A stretch of DNA of 64,000 nucleotides from Verrucomicrobiota bacterium JB025 (GTDB lineage Bacteria; Verrucomicrobiota; Verrucomicrobiia; Verrucomicrobiales; Akkermansiaceae). The DNA is taken from positions 29,080 to 93,079 of the forward strand of contig JAUTCT020000132.1 of assembly GCA_030673875.2 (NCBI GenBank). Reading direction: 5' to 3'. Position numbers and translations under genes: made by a program. How positions within the stretch are numbered: the stretch's first letter is position 1; each line of letters starts with the position of its first letter. The notes beneath the pieces were generated by a model. The model had not been told where the DNA came from. It saw only the letters and a list, made by a program, of their open reading frames with translations, and made no database searches. Positions 32,756 to 41,660 of the stretch are shown here, piece by piece.

Positions 32756-34012
32756 ATGATGAAACGAACCACCCTGCTCACAGCAATCCTATCGGCACTC
32801 GCCCTTGCCTCCCCCCTCGCCGCAGAGGAAGCACCGGCCCCCATCACCACCAGCAACCCGGACATCACCACCGGAAACCTCGAACTCCTGCTCACCCCGC
32901 TCACCAAACAGGAACTCGCGGTCGAAAGCGAAGCATGGCGCGACCTCGTCAAGGCACAGGCCGAAAAAATGGCTCAACTCTCGATCGCCGGCGCAAACGA
33001 ACAAGACCCGGACCAGAAATCCAAAACCAACGAAACACTCATCGAGCTCCAGGCCGCCAAAAGCAAACTCCTCACCAGTTTCGAAACCGTGCTCGCCGCC
33101 TACGAGGAAAAAGGCGGTGACCCCACCGAACTCAGAACCTACGCCAAGGCCGTCGCCGGATTCAAAACCAACGGCACCGACCCCAGCGCAAACATCTCGT
33201 TCTTCCGCAGCTGGATCACCTCATCCGACGGCGGACTGAAATGGCTCTTCGGCGCGCTCAAGTTCCTCGCCATCATTGCCATCTTCTGGATCGTCGCCGC
33301 CATCGCCGCCCGCATCACCCGCAACCTCACCGAACGACACCTCGAGTGGTCGGGCCTGCTCGAACGCTTCATCAACAAACTCGTCAAACGCGCCATCCTC
33401 ATCGTCGGCCTGCTCGTCGCACTCTCATCCATCGGCATCAACGTCGGCGCCCTGCTCGCCTTGATCGGCGGCGGTGCCTTCATCATCGGTTTCGCCCTCC
33501 AGGACACCCTCGGAAACTTCGCCGCAGGTGTCATGCTCCTCATCTACCGGCCCTTCGATGTCGGCGACTTCGTCGAAACCGCCGGCGTCATGGGCAGTGT
33601 CGACAACGTCTCACTCGTCAGCACCACCATCCGCACCCCGGACAACAAGGTCATCCTCGTCCCGAACAAACAGGTCTGGGGACAGGTCATCACCAACGCC
33701 ACCGCCAGCAAGGAACGCCGCGTCGACCTCACCTTCGGCATCGGCTACGGCGACGACATCGCCAAAGCCCAAACCATCCTCGAAGACATCATCACCAAAC
33801 ACGAAAAAGTCCTCACAACCCCCGCCCCGGTCATCAAGGTCAACGAACTCGCCGACTCCTCCGTCAACTTCGTCTGCCGCCCGTGGAGCAAAACCAGCGA
33901 CTACTGGGACGTCTACTGGGACATCACCCGCAAGGTGAAGGAAGAGTTCGATGCCAACAACATCTCCATCCCCTTCCCCCAACGGGACATCCATATCCAC
34001 CAGGCGTCCTGA
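32756..34012 (+). CDS. mscS: Small-conductance mechanosensitive channel with N-terminal periplasmic domain
   Basis: Signal peptide, GFALQDTLGNFAAGV, RPFDVGDFVE, STTIRTPDNKVILVPN and ISIPFPQRDIHI. Confidence 0.9.
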   Translation: MMKRTTLLTAILSALALASPLAAEEAPAPITTSNPDITTGNLELLLTPLTKQELAVESEAWRDLVKAQAEKMAQLSIAGANEQDPDQKSKTNETLIELQAAKSKLLTSFETVLAAYEEKGGDPTELRTYAKAVAGFKTNGTDPSANISFFRSWITSSDGGLKWLFGALKFLAIIAIFWIVAAIAARITRNLTERHLEWSGLLERFINKLVKRAILIVGLLVALSSIGINVGALLALIGGGAFIIGFALQDTLGNFAAGVMLLIYRPFDVGDFVETAGVMGSVDNVSLVSTTIRTPDNKVILVPNKQVWGQVITNATASKERRVDLTFGIGYGDDIAKAQTILEDIITKHEKVLTTPAPVIKVNELADSSVNFVCRPWSKTSDYWDVYWDITRKVKEEFDANNISIPFPQRDIHIHQAS

Positions 34013-34030
34013 CCATTCCCTGCACCGGGT

Positions 34031-34050
34031 GAGGGGGGAAACACCCCCTC
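34031..34050. terminator. Possible terminator hairpin between mscS and the Prx-like gene
   Basis: GAGGGGG-gaaaca-CCCCCTC stem; no clear U-tract. Confidence 0.35.
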
Positions 34051-34075
34051 CGGGCAAGGCCCCCCCCCTTTCCTC

Positions 34076-34726
34076 TCACCCCAGCTCGCGCAGCGCGGCA
34101 ACCACATCGTCCGGTTCCGCCCGCTTGCGGTAGTCCACATCGACAAACCGCCACCTCACGACTCCGTCCCGGTCGAGCACGAACGTCGCCGGAATAGGCA
34201 ACACGCTGCCATTGCCATTATTGATTTTCGCCAGGTCGAGCTTCCGGTCGTTTCGCATGTGGTCCAGCAGCAAGTCCGGCACCTTCCACGCCACCCCGAA
34301 CTGCGCCGCAACGAGCGCATCCTGGTCCGACAGCACCGGAAACTCCAGACCCTGCCGCTCGCTCTGGCTCAACGACTCGTCCGGCACCTGCGGGCTGATC
34401 CCGACCAGGCTCGCACCCAGCGCCTTAATCTCCGGCAAGCGCGCTTGCAGCGCCCTGAACTGCAGGTCGCAATACGGACACCAGCCGCCACGATAAAAGC
34501 TCACCACCACCGGCCCGTCGGCCAGTAACCCGGCCAGGGAAACCCGGCCGCCCCGCGCGTCTGGCAGCTCAAAATCGGCAGCCTTCCCGCCGACCGCCAG
34601 CGCATCCGCCCCCTGTTCGAAGCTACGGGCCTCCGCGATCAGCTCCTCCATCGCCTGCGCGAACTCCGGTTTCCCCGCACGGGTCTTCGCCATCTGGTTC
34701 TCAAGTTGTTGTTTCAGTTCATTCAT
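34076..34726 (-). CDS. Peroxiredoxin-like AhpC/TSA family protein
   Basis: FYRGGWCPYC, PVLSD and LPIPATFVLDRDGVVRW. Confidence 0.88.
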   Translation of the reverse strand: MNELKQQLENQMAKTRAGKPEFAQAMEELIAEARSFEQGADALAVGGKAADFELPDARGGRVSLAGLLADGPVVVSFYRGGWCPYCDLQFRALQARLPEIKALGASLVGISPQVPDESLSQSERQGLEFPVLSDQDALVAAQFGVAWKVPDLLLDHMRNDRKLDLAKINNGNGSVLPIPATFVLDRDGVVRWRFVDVDYRKRAEPDDVVAALRELG

Positions 34727-34735
34727 CGATTGCTT

Positions 34736-36004
34736 TCATGGTTGTTGAGTGTCGAAAAGAGAGGCATCGGCGGCACGTTCCCCATCCATCAGGGGCGGCT
34801 CCGGCTCCGGCCGAGGCGCGTCGGCAGAAACCCGCACCTGCCACCACAAATGGACCGCAAGCCCGACCGCCGTCAGGCCAAGACCAAACATCACAAGCCC
34901 GTGCCAACCGGCAACTCCCATGACCTTCACCCCGGCCGCCGAACCGACCGCCGCAGCAATGAAATAACACAGCATGTAAACCGCATTCATCCGGCTGTGC
35001 GCCGTCGCGTCGATCGAAAACACCCGCACCTGATTCGGAATCTGCGCGCCAAACACCCCCAAATCCAGCAGCACGATTCCAACAATCAACCCCGCTAGAC
35101 GGTCGCCAAACACCGCCAACACAATAAATGCCGTCACCACCACCAGCAGCGCCCCGGTGATCAGACGCCCCGGACCACACACCGCCACCATCCGTCCGGA
35201 CACCTTGGCACCCGCAATCCCGGACAACCCCACCAAGCCGAAAAGCCCCGCCTGCTGGACCGAATACGAAAATGGCTCGGCCGTCACGTGGATCGCCAGC
35301 GTCGCCCACAGCGCGTTGAACGCCGCGAACCACAGCGCCCCCGTCAGGGCGGACACCCGCAACAACCGGTGTTTCCTCACCAGCGTGAACATCGAGCCAA
35401 TCAACCGTGGGTAACCCAACGTCACCCCCGGCCTGTTCACCGGCAAAACCACCCGCATCAGAATCCCGAACATCACCGCCACAACCGCCGCCGCCAAAAA
35501 CACACTGCGCCAGCCGAAATACTCCGCCACACACCCGCTCAAGGTCCGGGAAAGCAGGATCCCGGCCGTGAGTCCGGTCATCATCGTCCCCATCACCTTG
35601 CCCCGCGTTTCCGGCGTCGAAAGCGACGCGCCGAATGGAATCAACTGCTGGGTGATGTTGGTTCCCAGCCCAATCCCGAAACAGGCAGCCAGCAGGATTT
35701 CAAAGGTCGGCGCCACAAACGCCGTCACCAGCGCCACCACCAGCAACACCGACAAATAACTGATCAAGCGCCGCCGCGGCATCGTGTCACCCAATGGCGA
35801 AATCAACAGAATCGCAGCCGCATAGCCCAGTTGCGATGCCGAGGGAATCAACCCCAGCCACCCCGCCTCCAACCGGAAACTCGCACCGATCGATGGCAGC
35901 AACGGCTGGTTGTAAAACAGATTCGCGATCGTGCCGGAAATCGCCACCGTCATCAGCAACAACATCCCGCCGCCAAGCGCCGGTCTTTCGCTCGCGCCAC
36001 TCAC
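34736..36004 (-). CDS. MFS transporter
   Basis: NLFYNQPLL, PLGDTMPRRRL, GLLLS-like GILLSRTLSG and about 12 TM segments. GTG start at 36004 with GGAGGGAGG upstream. Confidence 0.88.
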   Translation of the reverse strand: MSGASERPALGGGMLLLMTVAISGTIANLFYNQPLLPSIGASFRLEAGWLGLIPSASQLGYAAAILLISPLGDTMPRRRLISYLSVLLVVALVTAFVAPTFEILLAACFGIGLGTNITQQLIPFGASLSTPETRGKVMGTMMTGLTAGILLSRTLSGCVAEYFGWRSVFLAAAVVAVMFGILMRVVLPVNRPGVTLGYPRLIGSMFTLVRKHRLLRVSALTGALWFAAFNALWATLAIHVTAEPFSYSVQQAGLFGLVGLSGIAGAKVSGRMVAVCGPGRLITGALLVVVTAFIVLAVFGDRLAGLIVGIVLLDLGVFGAQIPNQVRVFSIDATAHSRMNAVYMLCYFIAAAVGSAAGVKVMGVAGWHGLVMFGLGLTAVGLAVHLWWQVRVSADAPRPEPEPPLMDGERAADASLFDTQQP

Positions 36005-36233
36005 ATCGCCCTCCCTCCCGCCAATCCCGGACACCCCACGACCACACCAGACACCGCAACTCTCCCGCCAGCCGCTGCTGCCGGTCCAAACCCGTCGTGC
36101 GTGAGGTGATCTGCCATCATTCCAAAAGCTTTTCCAGCGCATGATGGCCGCCAAATCCATTCGCTCGCGACCGTCATCCACCCACCGCATAAGGGAAAAC
36201 CCTCTATAAAGGAAATATCCTCTATTGATCGCA

Positions 36234-36254
36234 CCTATACCGATCCACTATAGG
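36234..36254. promoter_or_regulatory. Candidate LysR recognition site (T-N11-A within a CCTATA/TATAGG inverted repeat)
   Basis: CCTATA-ccgatccac-TATAGG, 8 nt upstream of the LysR ATG in the divergent MFS/LysR intergenic region. Confidence 0.6.
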
Positions 36255-36262
36255 TCCACCCC

Positions 36263-37180
36263 ATGGAAATCCGCCTGCTCAAGACCTTCGTCGCCGTCGC
36301 ACGCACCAAAGGCTTCTCCGCTGCCGCACGCGAACTCAACACCGTGCAACCCGCCGTCAGCAGGCAAATCTCCGACCTCGAAGCCGAACTCGGAGTCAGC
36401 CTCTTCTGGCGCAACTCCCGCGAGGTCAAAATAACCGTCGCCGGAGAAACCCTCTTGCGCGAGGCCGTCGCCATTCTCGCCCACGAGGAACGCGCCCGCG
36501 ACCTCGTGCAACGCGCTGCATCCGGCCAAACCGGACACCTCAGAATCGGCTACATCAGCGCCGCAAGCATGCCATTCCTCCCCGCCATCATCCGCCACTA
36601 CCGCACACGCTTCCCGGACGTCCGCATCTCCATGACCGAAATGAACGCCCAACAACAACTCGATGCCTTCGACAACGACCGCATCGACATCGGCATCTCC
36701 CGCCACCTCCCCACCCCGCGCCACGCCGACCTCCGCTACGAACCACTCTACTCGGACCACCTCGCGGCATTCGTCCCCGCCGACCACCCACTGGCCGGCC
36801 AGCCCCACGTCAACCTGACCCAGCTCGAACCCCACCCACACATCCTCTTCGAACGCTCCGGCGCAGTCGAACTCTTCGACCAAATCATCTCCGCCTGCCG
36901 CAACGCCGGATTCTCACCACGCATCACCCGCCAACCCGAAAACATGCAGTCCGTGCTCACCGAAGTCGCCTCCGGCCTCGGCGTTTCCATCGCCCCGGGC
37001 TGCATCCGCCACCTCAACATGACCGGCTGCCGGTCCATCCCCATCCAGCCCCCACTCGCCCCGATCCCCTGCGAAATCCACTACCGCAACGAACCCCGCG
37101 AACCCATGGTCTCCGCCTTCGCCAACCTCGCCAAAAACAGCACCAGCGACATCCAGCACCGCATGAACCACCTCCCCTGA
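36263..37180 (+). CDS. LysR family transcriptional regulator
   Basis: MEIRLLKTFVAVA..GFSAAARELNTVQPAVSRQISDLEAELGVSLF HTH, LRIGY and a substrate-binding domain. Confidence 0.95.
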   Translation: MEIRLLKTFVAVARTKGFSAAARELNTVQPAVSRQISDLEAELGVSLFWRNSREVKITVAGETLLREAVAILAHEERARDLVQRAASGQTGHLRIGYISAASMPFLPAIIRHYRTRFPDVRISMTEMNAQQQLDAFDNDRIDIGISRHLPTPRHADLRYEPLYSDHLAAFVPADHPLAGQPHVNLTQLEPHPHILFERSGAVELFDQIISACRNAGFSPRITRQPENMQSVLTEVASGLGVSIAPGCIRHLNMTGCRSIPIQPPLAPIPCEIHYRNEPREPMVSAFANLAKNSTSDIQHRMNHLP

Positions 37181-37315
37181 ACCCACCCTCGCACCCAGCC
37201 CCGCACAATCCGCTAAGAATCAATGCCCTCCGCGCAATCAGCAGTTCTTCCACCGAACTGATCAAGCGTCTCACCCTGGCTTCATCGCCCTGCGTCAACT
37301 CCCCACTCGCCGCGA

Positions 37316-37343
37316 TTGATTCCCGCCGTTTCCACTGCATAAT
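37316..37343 (+). promoter_or_regulatory. Candidate recN promoter
   Basis: TTGATT-N16-CATAAT ending 9 nt before the ATG. Confidence 0.4.
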
Positions 37344-37352
37344 CCCGCCCGA

Positions 37353-39011
37353 ATGCTCACCCTCCTCAAAATCCGCAACCTCGCCCTCGTCGACGAACTC
37401 ACCTGGGAACTCGGACCCGGCCTCGTCGGCGTCACCGGCGAAACAGGTGCCGGAAAATCCGTCATCGTCGGCGCACTCAAACTCGTGCTCGGCGAACGCG
37501 CCGACAAATCACTCATCCGCACCGGCGAGGAAACCTGCTCGGTCGAAGCCATCTTCGAAATCGACTCCCCCACCGAAACCAACTCCATCCTCGAAGACGG
37601 CGGCATCCCGCCCTGCGACGACTCACAGCTCATCATCCGCCGCGTCATCACCCCCAAATCCAGCCGCCAGTTCGTCAACGACTCACCCGTCACCCTCACC
37701 CTGCTCAAACGCATCGGCGAACGCCTCGTCGACCTCCACGGCCCCCACGACCACCAGTCGCTCCTCTCCACCGAGCGCCAACTCGCCATGCTCGACGCCT
37801 ACGCCGACGCCGACAAACCCCTCGCCGCCTACCGCACCGCCCACCGCCACTGGCGAGACATCTCCACCGAACTCGACACCCTCCGCCACGCCGAATCCGC
37901 CACCGACCAGGAAATCGAACTCCTCCGCCACCAACTGGCCGAAATCGACGAAGCCAACCTCAACCCCGAAGACGAACAAGACCTCGAAGACCGCTGGCGC
38001 CGCGCCGTCAACTCCAGCCGCCTCCTCGAAACCGCCGCCAACGCCACCAACGCACTCAACGGCGACAACGGCCTGCTCTCACAACTCGCCGACGTCCAGC
38101 GCCTCGTCCGCGACCTCGAAAAACTCGACCCCTCCATCACCACCCAAACCGCCGGCCTCGAAACCGCCGTGATCGAACTCCAGGACCTCGAATCCAACCT
38201 CGCCGACTACGCCGACTCACTCGATACCGACCCCGAGGAAGCCGCCAACCTCGAAGAACGCGTCAACCTCATCGAATCCCTCAAACGAAAATACGGCCCC
38301 TCCATCGCCGATGTCCTGGCACGCCGCGAAACCGCCGCCAACCGCCTCGACACCATCGAAAACCGCGGGGAAAAACTCGAAACCCTCGAACGCGAAGTCG
38401 CCGCCGCACGCGCAACCCTCGACGCCGCCGGCAAAAAACTCACCACCGCACGCCGCAAAGCCGCCCCGAAACTCGCCAAGGAAATCTCCTCCCAACTCAA
38501 GGACCTCGGCTTCAAACAATCCTCCTTCGAAGCCCGCCTCACCCCCCTCGAAACCCCCTCGCCCCAGGGCCTCGAAGCCATCGAATTCCAGTTCGGCCCC
38601 AACCCCGGCGAACCACTCATGCCCCTCCGCCAGGTCGCATCCTCCGGAGAAATCAGCCGCGTCATGCTCGCCGTGAAATCCGCCCTCGCCGACCAGGACG
38701 ACACCCCGCTCATGGTCTTCGACGAAATCGACGCCAACGTCGGCGGCGAAGTCGCCCGCGCCGTCGGCCGCAAAATGGCCGTCCTCGGCAGCCGCCACCA
38801 AGTCGTCGCCATCACCCACTTCCCACAGGTCGCCGCCACCGCCGCACGCCACTTCGTCGTCGAAAAAACCGTCACCTCCGGCCGCACCCGCTCCCGCCTC
38901 TTCCAGGTCAACGGCGAATCCCGCATCGCCGAACTCGTCCGCATGCTCGGCGGCGGCGGCGAACAAGCCCGCGCCATGGCCGCCTCCCTCCTCACCGAAG
39001 CCACCCAATAA
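37353..39011 (+). CDS. recN: DNA repair protein RecN
   Basis: MLTLLKIRNLALVD, TGETGAGKS (Walker A), LHGPHDHQSLL, long coiled coil, ASSGEISRVMLA, FDEIDANVGG and ITHFPQVAA. Confidence 0.96.
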   Translation: MLTLLKIRNLALVDELTWELGPGLVGVTGETGAGKSVIVGALKLVLGERADKSLIRTGEETCSVEAIFEIDSPTETNSILEDGGIPPCDDSQLIIRRVITPKSSRQFVNDSPVTLTLLKRIGERLVDLHGPHDHQSLLSTERQLAMLDAYADADKPLAAYRTAHRHWRDISTELDTLRHAESATDQEIELLRHQLAEIDEANLNPEDEQDLEDRWRRAVNSSRLLETAANATNALNGDNGLLSQLADVQRLVRDLEKLDPSITTQTAGLETAVIELQDLESNLADYADSLDTDPEEAANLEERVNLIESLKRKYGPSIADVLARRETAANRLDTIENRGEKLETLEREVAAARATLDAAGKKLTTARRKAAPKLAKEISSQLKDLGFKQSSFEARLTPLETPSPQGLEAIEFQFGPNPGEPLMPLRQVASSGEISRVMLAVKSALADQDDTPLMVFDEIDANVGGEVARAVGRKMAVLGSRHQVVAITHFPQVAATAARHFVVEKTVTSGRTRSRLFQVNGESRIAELVRMLGGGGEQARAMAASLLTEATQ

Positions 39012-39030
39012 CCCCGAATCCCACGCCCCC

Positions 39031-39085
39031 CAACGATCCCGGAGAAATCAATGCCGGTCGCCGGGCGTCGAGCGCAGCGCCCCCC
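39031..39085. repeat. Dispersed degenerate copy of the REP-like element at 30611
   Basis: CAACGATCCCGGAG...CCGGGCGTCGAGCGCAGCG aligns with 30611-30660. Confidence 0.7.
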
Positions 39086-39103
39086 GCCCCCCCACGCCCA
39101 AAA

Positions 39104-39140
39104 AATCAGTGCATTCAGTCCAATCAGTCTGAATCTGTGG
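39104..39140 (+). repeat. Short degenerate ~9-bp tandem repeat
   Basis: AATCAGTGC ATTCAGTCC AATCAGTCTG AATCTGTGG. Confidence 0.55.
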
Positions 39141-39293
39141 TTCCTGTTGGCGCTTCTTGAGTGAGTGGTTCCCTGGATTGCTCGCCCTGCCGCCACCCCA
39201 CCCTCCAGCCCCCCGCAGCGGGATGCCAATCACTCCCGCAAACTTTCCAGACAAATCCCCTCCGGCAAACCGCTCTTGGGTTACAATCGTCTC

Positions 39294-39875
39294 ATGGCAG
39301 CCTCACTCTCCGTCGTCCCAGATGCCAAACCCACCCCGTCCGACTGGCGCGGGTGGCTGCAGGAATATGGCCCGAGACTCCTCCTCTTCGCGCGCCAGCA
39401 AACCCGCTCGCACGAGGACGCCGAAGACGTCCTTCAGGACGCCATCGTCAAACTCATCGGAAAAATCAACAACAACGAATTCGTCGGCGGCACCGACGCC
39501 TGGATGCCCTACCTCTACACCACCATCCGCCGCCTCTCCATCGACCTCTCACGCCGCGACGACCGCCGCAAACGCCGCGAAGACACCGTCGGAACCGACA
39601 TCGAAGACGACCAATCCGCCACCTTCCACCCCTGGTTCGACAGCCATTCATCCGACGACGAAACCCGCGCCCAACTCGAAGAAAAACTCAAGGAACTCCC
39701 GGAAAAATTCGCCGAAGTCATCGTCATGAAAATCTGGGGCGAACGCACCTTCGCCGAAATCGGCGACATTCTCGGAATTTCCCAAAACACAGCGGCCTCC
39801 CGGTATCGCTATGGTCTTGAAGCCCTCAAGAAATCCCTCGGCGGAGCACGCCGCCGCGGCGACCTCTCAATCTGA
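39294..39875 (+). CDS. ECF sigma-70 factor
   Basis: YGPRLLLFARQ...EDAEDVLQDA (canonical DAED) and region 4 TFAEIGDILGISQNTAASRYRYGL. Confidence 0.92.
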   Translation: MAASLSVVPDAKPTPSDWRGWLQEYGPRLLLFARQQTRSHEDAEDVLQDAIVKLIGKINNNEFVGGTDAWMPYLYTTIRRLSIDLSRRDDRRKRREDTVGTDIEDDQSATFHPWFDSHSSDDETRAQLEEKLKELPEKFAEVIVMKIWGERTFAEIGDILGISQNTAASRYRYGLEALKKSLGGARRRGDLSI

Positions 39876-39907
39876 AACTCCACGGCAAAACCCCTCCCCA
39901 CCCCATC

Positions 39908-40534
39908 ATGCATTCAGACCAGTCATCCTTCGAAAAAGAACTCGAAAAACTCCGGCCAACAGCCCTCGACGAGGCGCTGCTCGACCGCCTGGAGTCATGT
40001 TCCGAAGACACCTGGATAGACCTCGGCACGGACGAAACCGCATTCGAAACCCACCTGTCCGAATCCAATCCCGCCCCGCTTCCCGCCGATCTGCTCACCT
40101 CCCTCGAGGCCATCGTCGCCCACACCCCGTTCCCCGGTCAGCAAAAAGTCGTCCGCTTCCCCGACAAGACCGAAAAACGCAAATCCAGTGACTCCTTCTG
40201 GTGGAGCCGCGTCGCGGGCGTCGCCCTGCTCGGCGCCGCCGCCGCCCTCTACCTCCCGTCGCTCAACGACAAGCAACAAACCACCGCCAACACCCCCGCC
40301 GCTCCCCGCACCGTCAATACCCGCGTCGATGCCTCAAACCTCGTCCCCGCCGGATTCCGCCGCGGACTCCAGGAAGCCACCGACGGCGGCATCGTCATGA
40401 ACAGGCAAAAACCCCACCGCGTCCTCAAACTCGTCTACCTCGACGAAGTCACCCTCAAATCCCCGGACGGCAAAACCTACACCGCCAGACAACCGCGGGT
40501 GGAATACATCCTCGTCCCGGCCGAAACCGAATAA
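39908..40534 (+). CDS. Putative single-pass anti-sigma factor-like protein
   Basis: Directly downstream of the ECF gene, with an acidic cytoplasmic N-terminus and one TM segment (RVAGVALLGAAAALYLP). Function is inferred from context. Confidence 0.55.
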   Translation: MHSDQSSFEKELEKLRPTALDEALLDRLESCSEDTWIDLGTDETAFETHLSESNPAPLPADLLTSLEAIVAHTPFPGQQKVVRFPDKTEKRKSSDSFWWSRVAGVALLGAAAALYLPSLNDKQQTTANTPAAPRTVNTRVDASNLVPAGFRRGLQEATDGGIVMNRQKPHRVLKLVYLDEVTLKSPDGKTYTARQPRVEYILVPAETE

Positions 40535-40592
40535 CTTCAATCCAATCTCCAAGACAAAACGGCAATTCTACTACGCTCCTAGTATAAAAGTC

Positions 40593-41528
40593 ATGAAAAC
40601 ACCGGCATTCATCACCATCGGAGCACTGCTTCTCTCGCCCGCATTCGCGATCGAGGCACCGGAGGACAACACCCCTCCACCCGCGGCTGTCAACGCGGCC
40701 GAACCACCCGCCGCCCCGGCGGACCACCGCGAAGCCGCTCAATCCGCCTTCCTCGGCGTGATCACCACCAACGTCCCGGAAATGTTCGCCGGCCACCTCG
40801 GCCTGCAACCCGGCAAAGGCGTCATCGTCCGCTCGCTCGTCCCGGACAGCCCGGCCGCAAACGGCGGAATCACCGAAAACGACATCATCACCCACTTCAA
40901 CAACACCGAAATCAACTCCGCGGAAGACCTCTTCCGTGAAGTCTCCGCCCTCAAACCCGGAGACACAGCCACCATCGGCATCATCCACAACGGCAAACCC
41001 GGCAACGCCGACGTCGTCCTCGCCAAGCGCCCCGCCGACCTCACCCGGAACGCCCACGCCGCCCCCCTCAACGAGGAAATGCTCGAGGGCATCCCCAAGG
41101 AATTCGCCGACCGCATCCTCGGCATGATCGAAGGCAACCTCGGCGACTTCGACATGGACCCGCAGGCACTCAAACTCCACGGATTCAACCAGGCGATCCC
41201 CGACATGGAAGACGCCCTCCGCGAAATGCAGGACCGCATGCGCAAGGCCATGGGTGACGCCGACGCCCTGCAAATCCCGCCCGCCGGCGTCCAACTCCGG
41301 CAAAACGCCACCACCATCCGCCTGATGGACAACGAAGGCAGCATCGAAGTGAAATCCATCGACGGCGCCAAGGAAGTCACCATCCGCGACAAGGACAACA
41401 ACGTCACCTGGGAAGGCCCCTGGGACACCGAACAGGACAAGGCCGCCGCTCCCGCCAAGGTCCGCGAACGACTCAACAACCTCGACCTCGACACCAAGCA
41501 AATGCAACTCCGCTTCGGCGACGAATAA
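40593..41528 (+). CDS. Secreted PDZ-domain protein without a recognisable protease domain
   Basis: Signal peptide and an HtrA-type PDZ (AFLGV...GVIVRSLVPDSPAANGGITENDIITHFNN). No trypsin GDSGG motif. Confidence 0.8.
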   Translation: MKTPAFITIGALLLSPAFAIEAPEDNTPPPAAVNAAEPPAAPADHREAAQSAFLGVITTNVPEMFAGHLGLQPGKGVIVRSLVPDSPAANGGITENDIITHFNNTEINSAEDLFREVSALKPGDTATIGIIHNGKPGNADVVLAKRPADLTRNAHAAPLNEEMLEGIPKEFADRILGMIEGNLGDFDMDPQALKLHGFNQAIPDMEDALREMQDRMRKAMGDADALQIPPAGVQLRQNATTIRLMDNEGSIEVKSIDGAKEVTIRDKDNNVTWEGPWDTEQDKAAAPAKVRERLNNLDLDTKQMQLRFGDE

Positions 41529-41575
41529 ACGAATTTTTCATGGGTAGCGAACGTGTTGGTTAGCGTTCCTGGAGA

Positions 41576-41615
41576 TCGCCCGTGTCGGAGAAATCCGGCA
41601 CGGGCGAATTCGTTT
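41576..41615 (+). terminator. Strong hairpin / probable terminator after the PDZ gene
   Basis: TCGCCCGTGTCGGA-GAAA-TCCGGCACGGGCGA (14-bp stem with one G-U pair, GNRA loop) followed by ATTCGTTT. Confidence 0.65.
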
Positions 41616-41660
41616 CCCGGGTCTGAAAAATCGTTCCGGCAGGTTGCGTTTCCTTCTTCC

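Noticed and set aside
37242-37260. CAGTTC-N7-GAACTG palindrome upstream of recN as a LexA box
   Set aside because: The reported Verrucomicrobia SOS box is TGTTC-N4-GAACA; both spacing and half-sites differ. More likely a hairpin after lysR.
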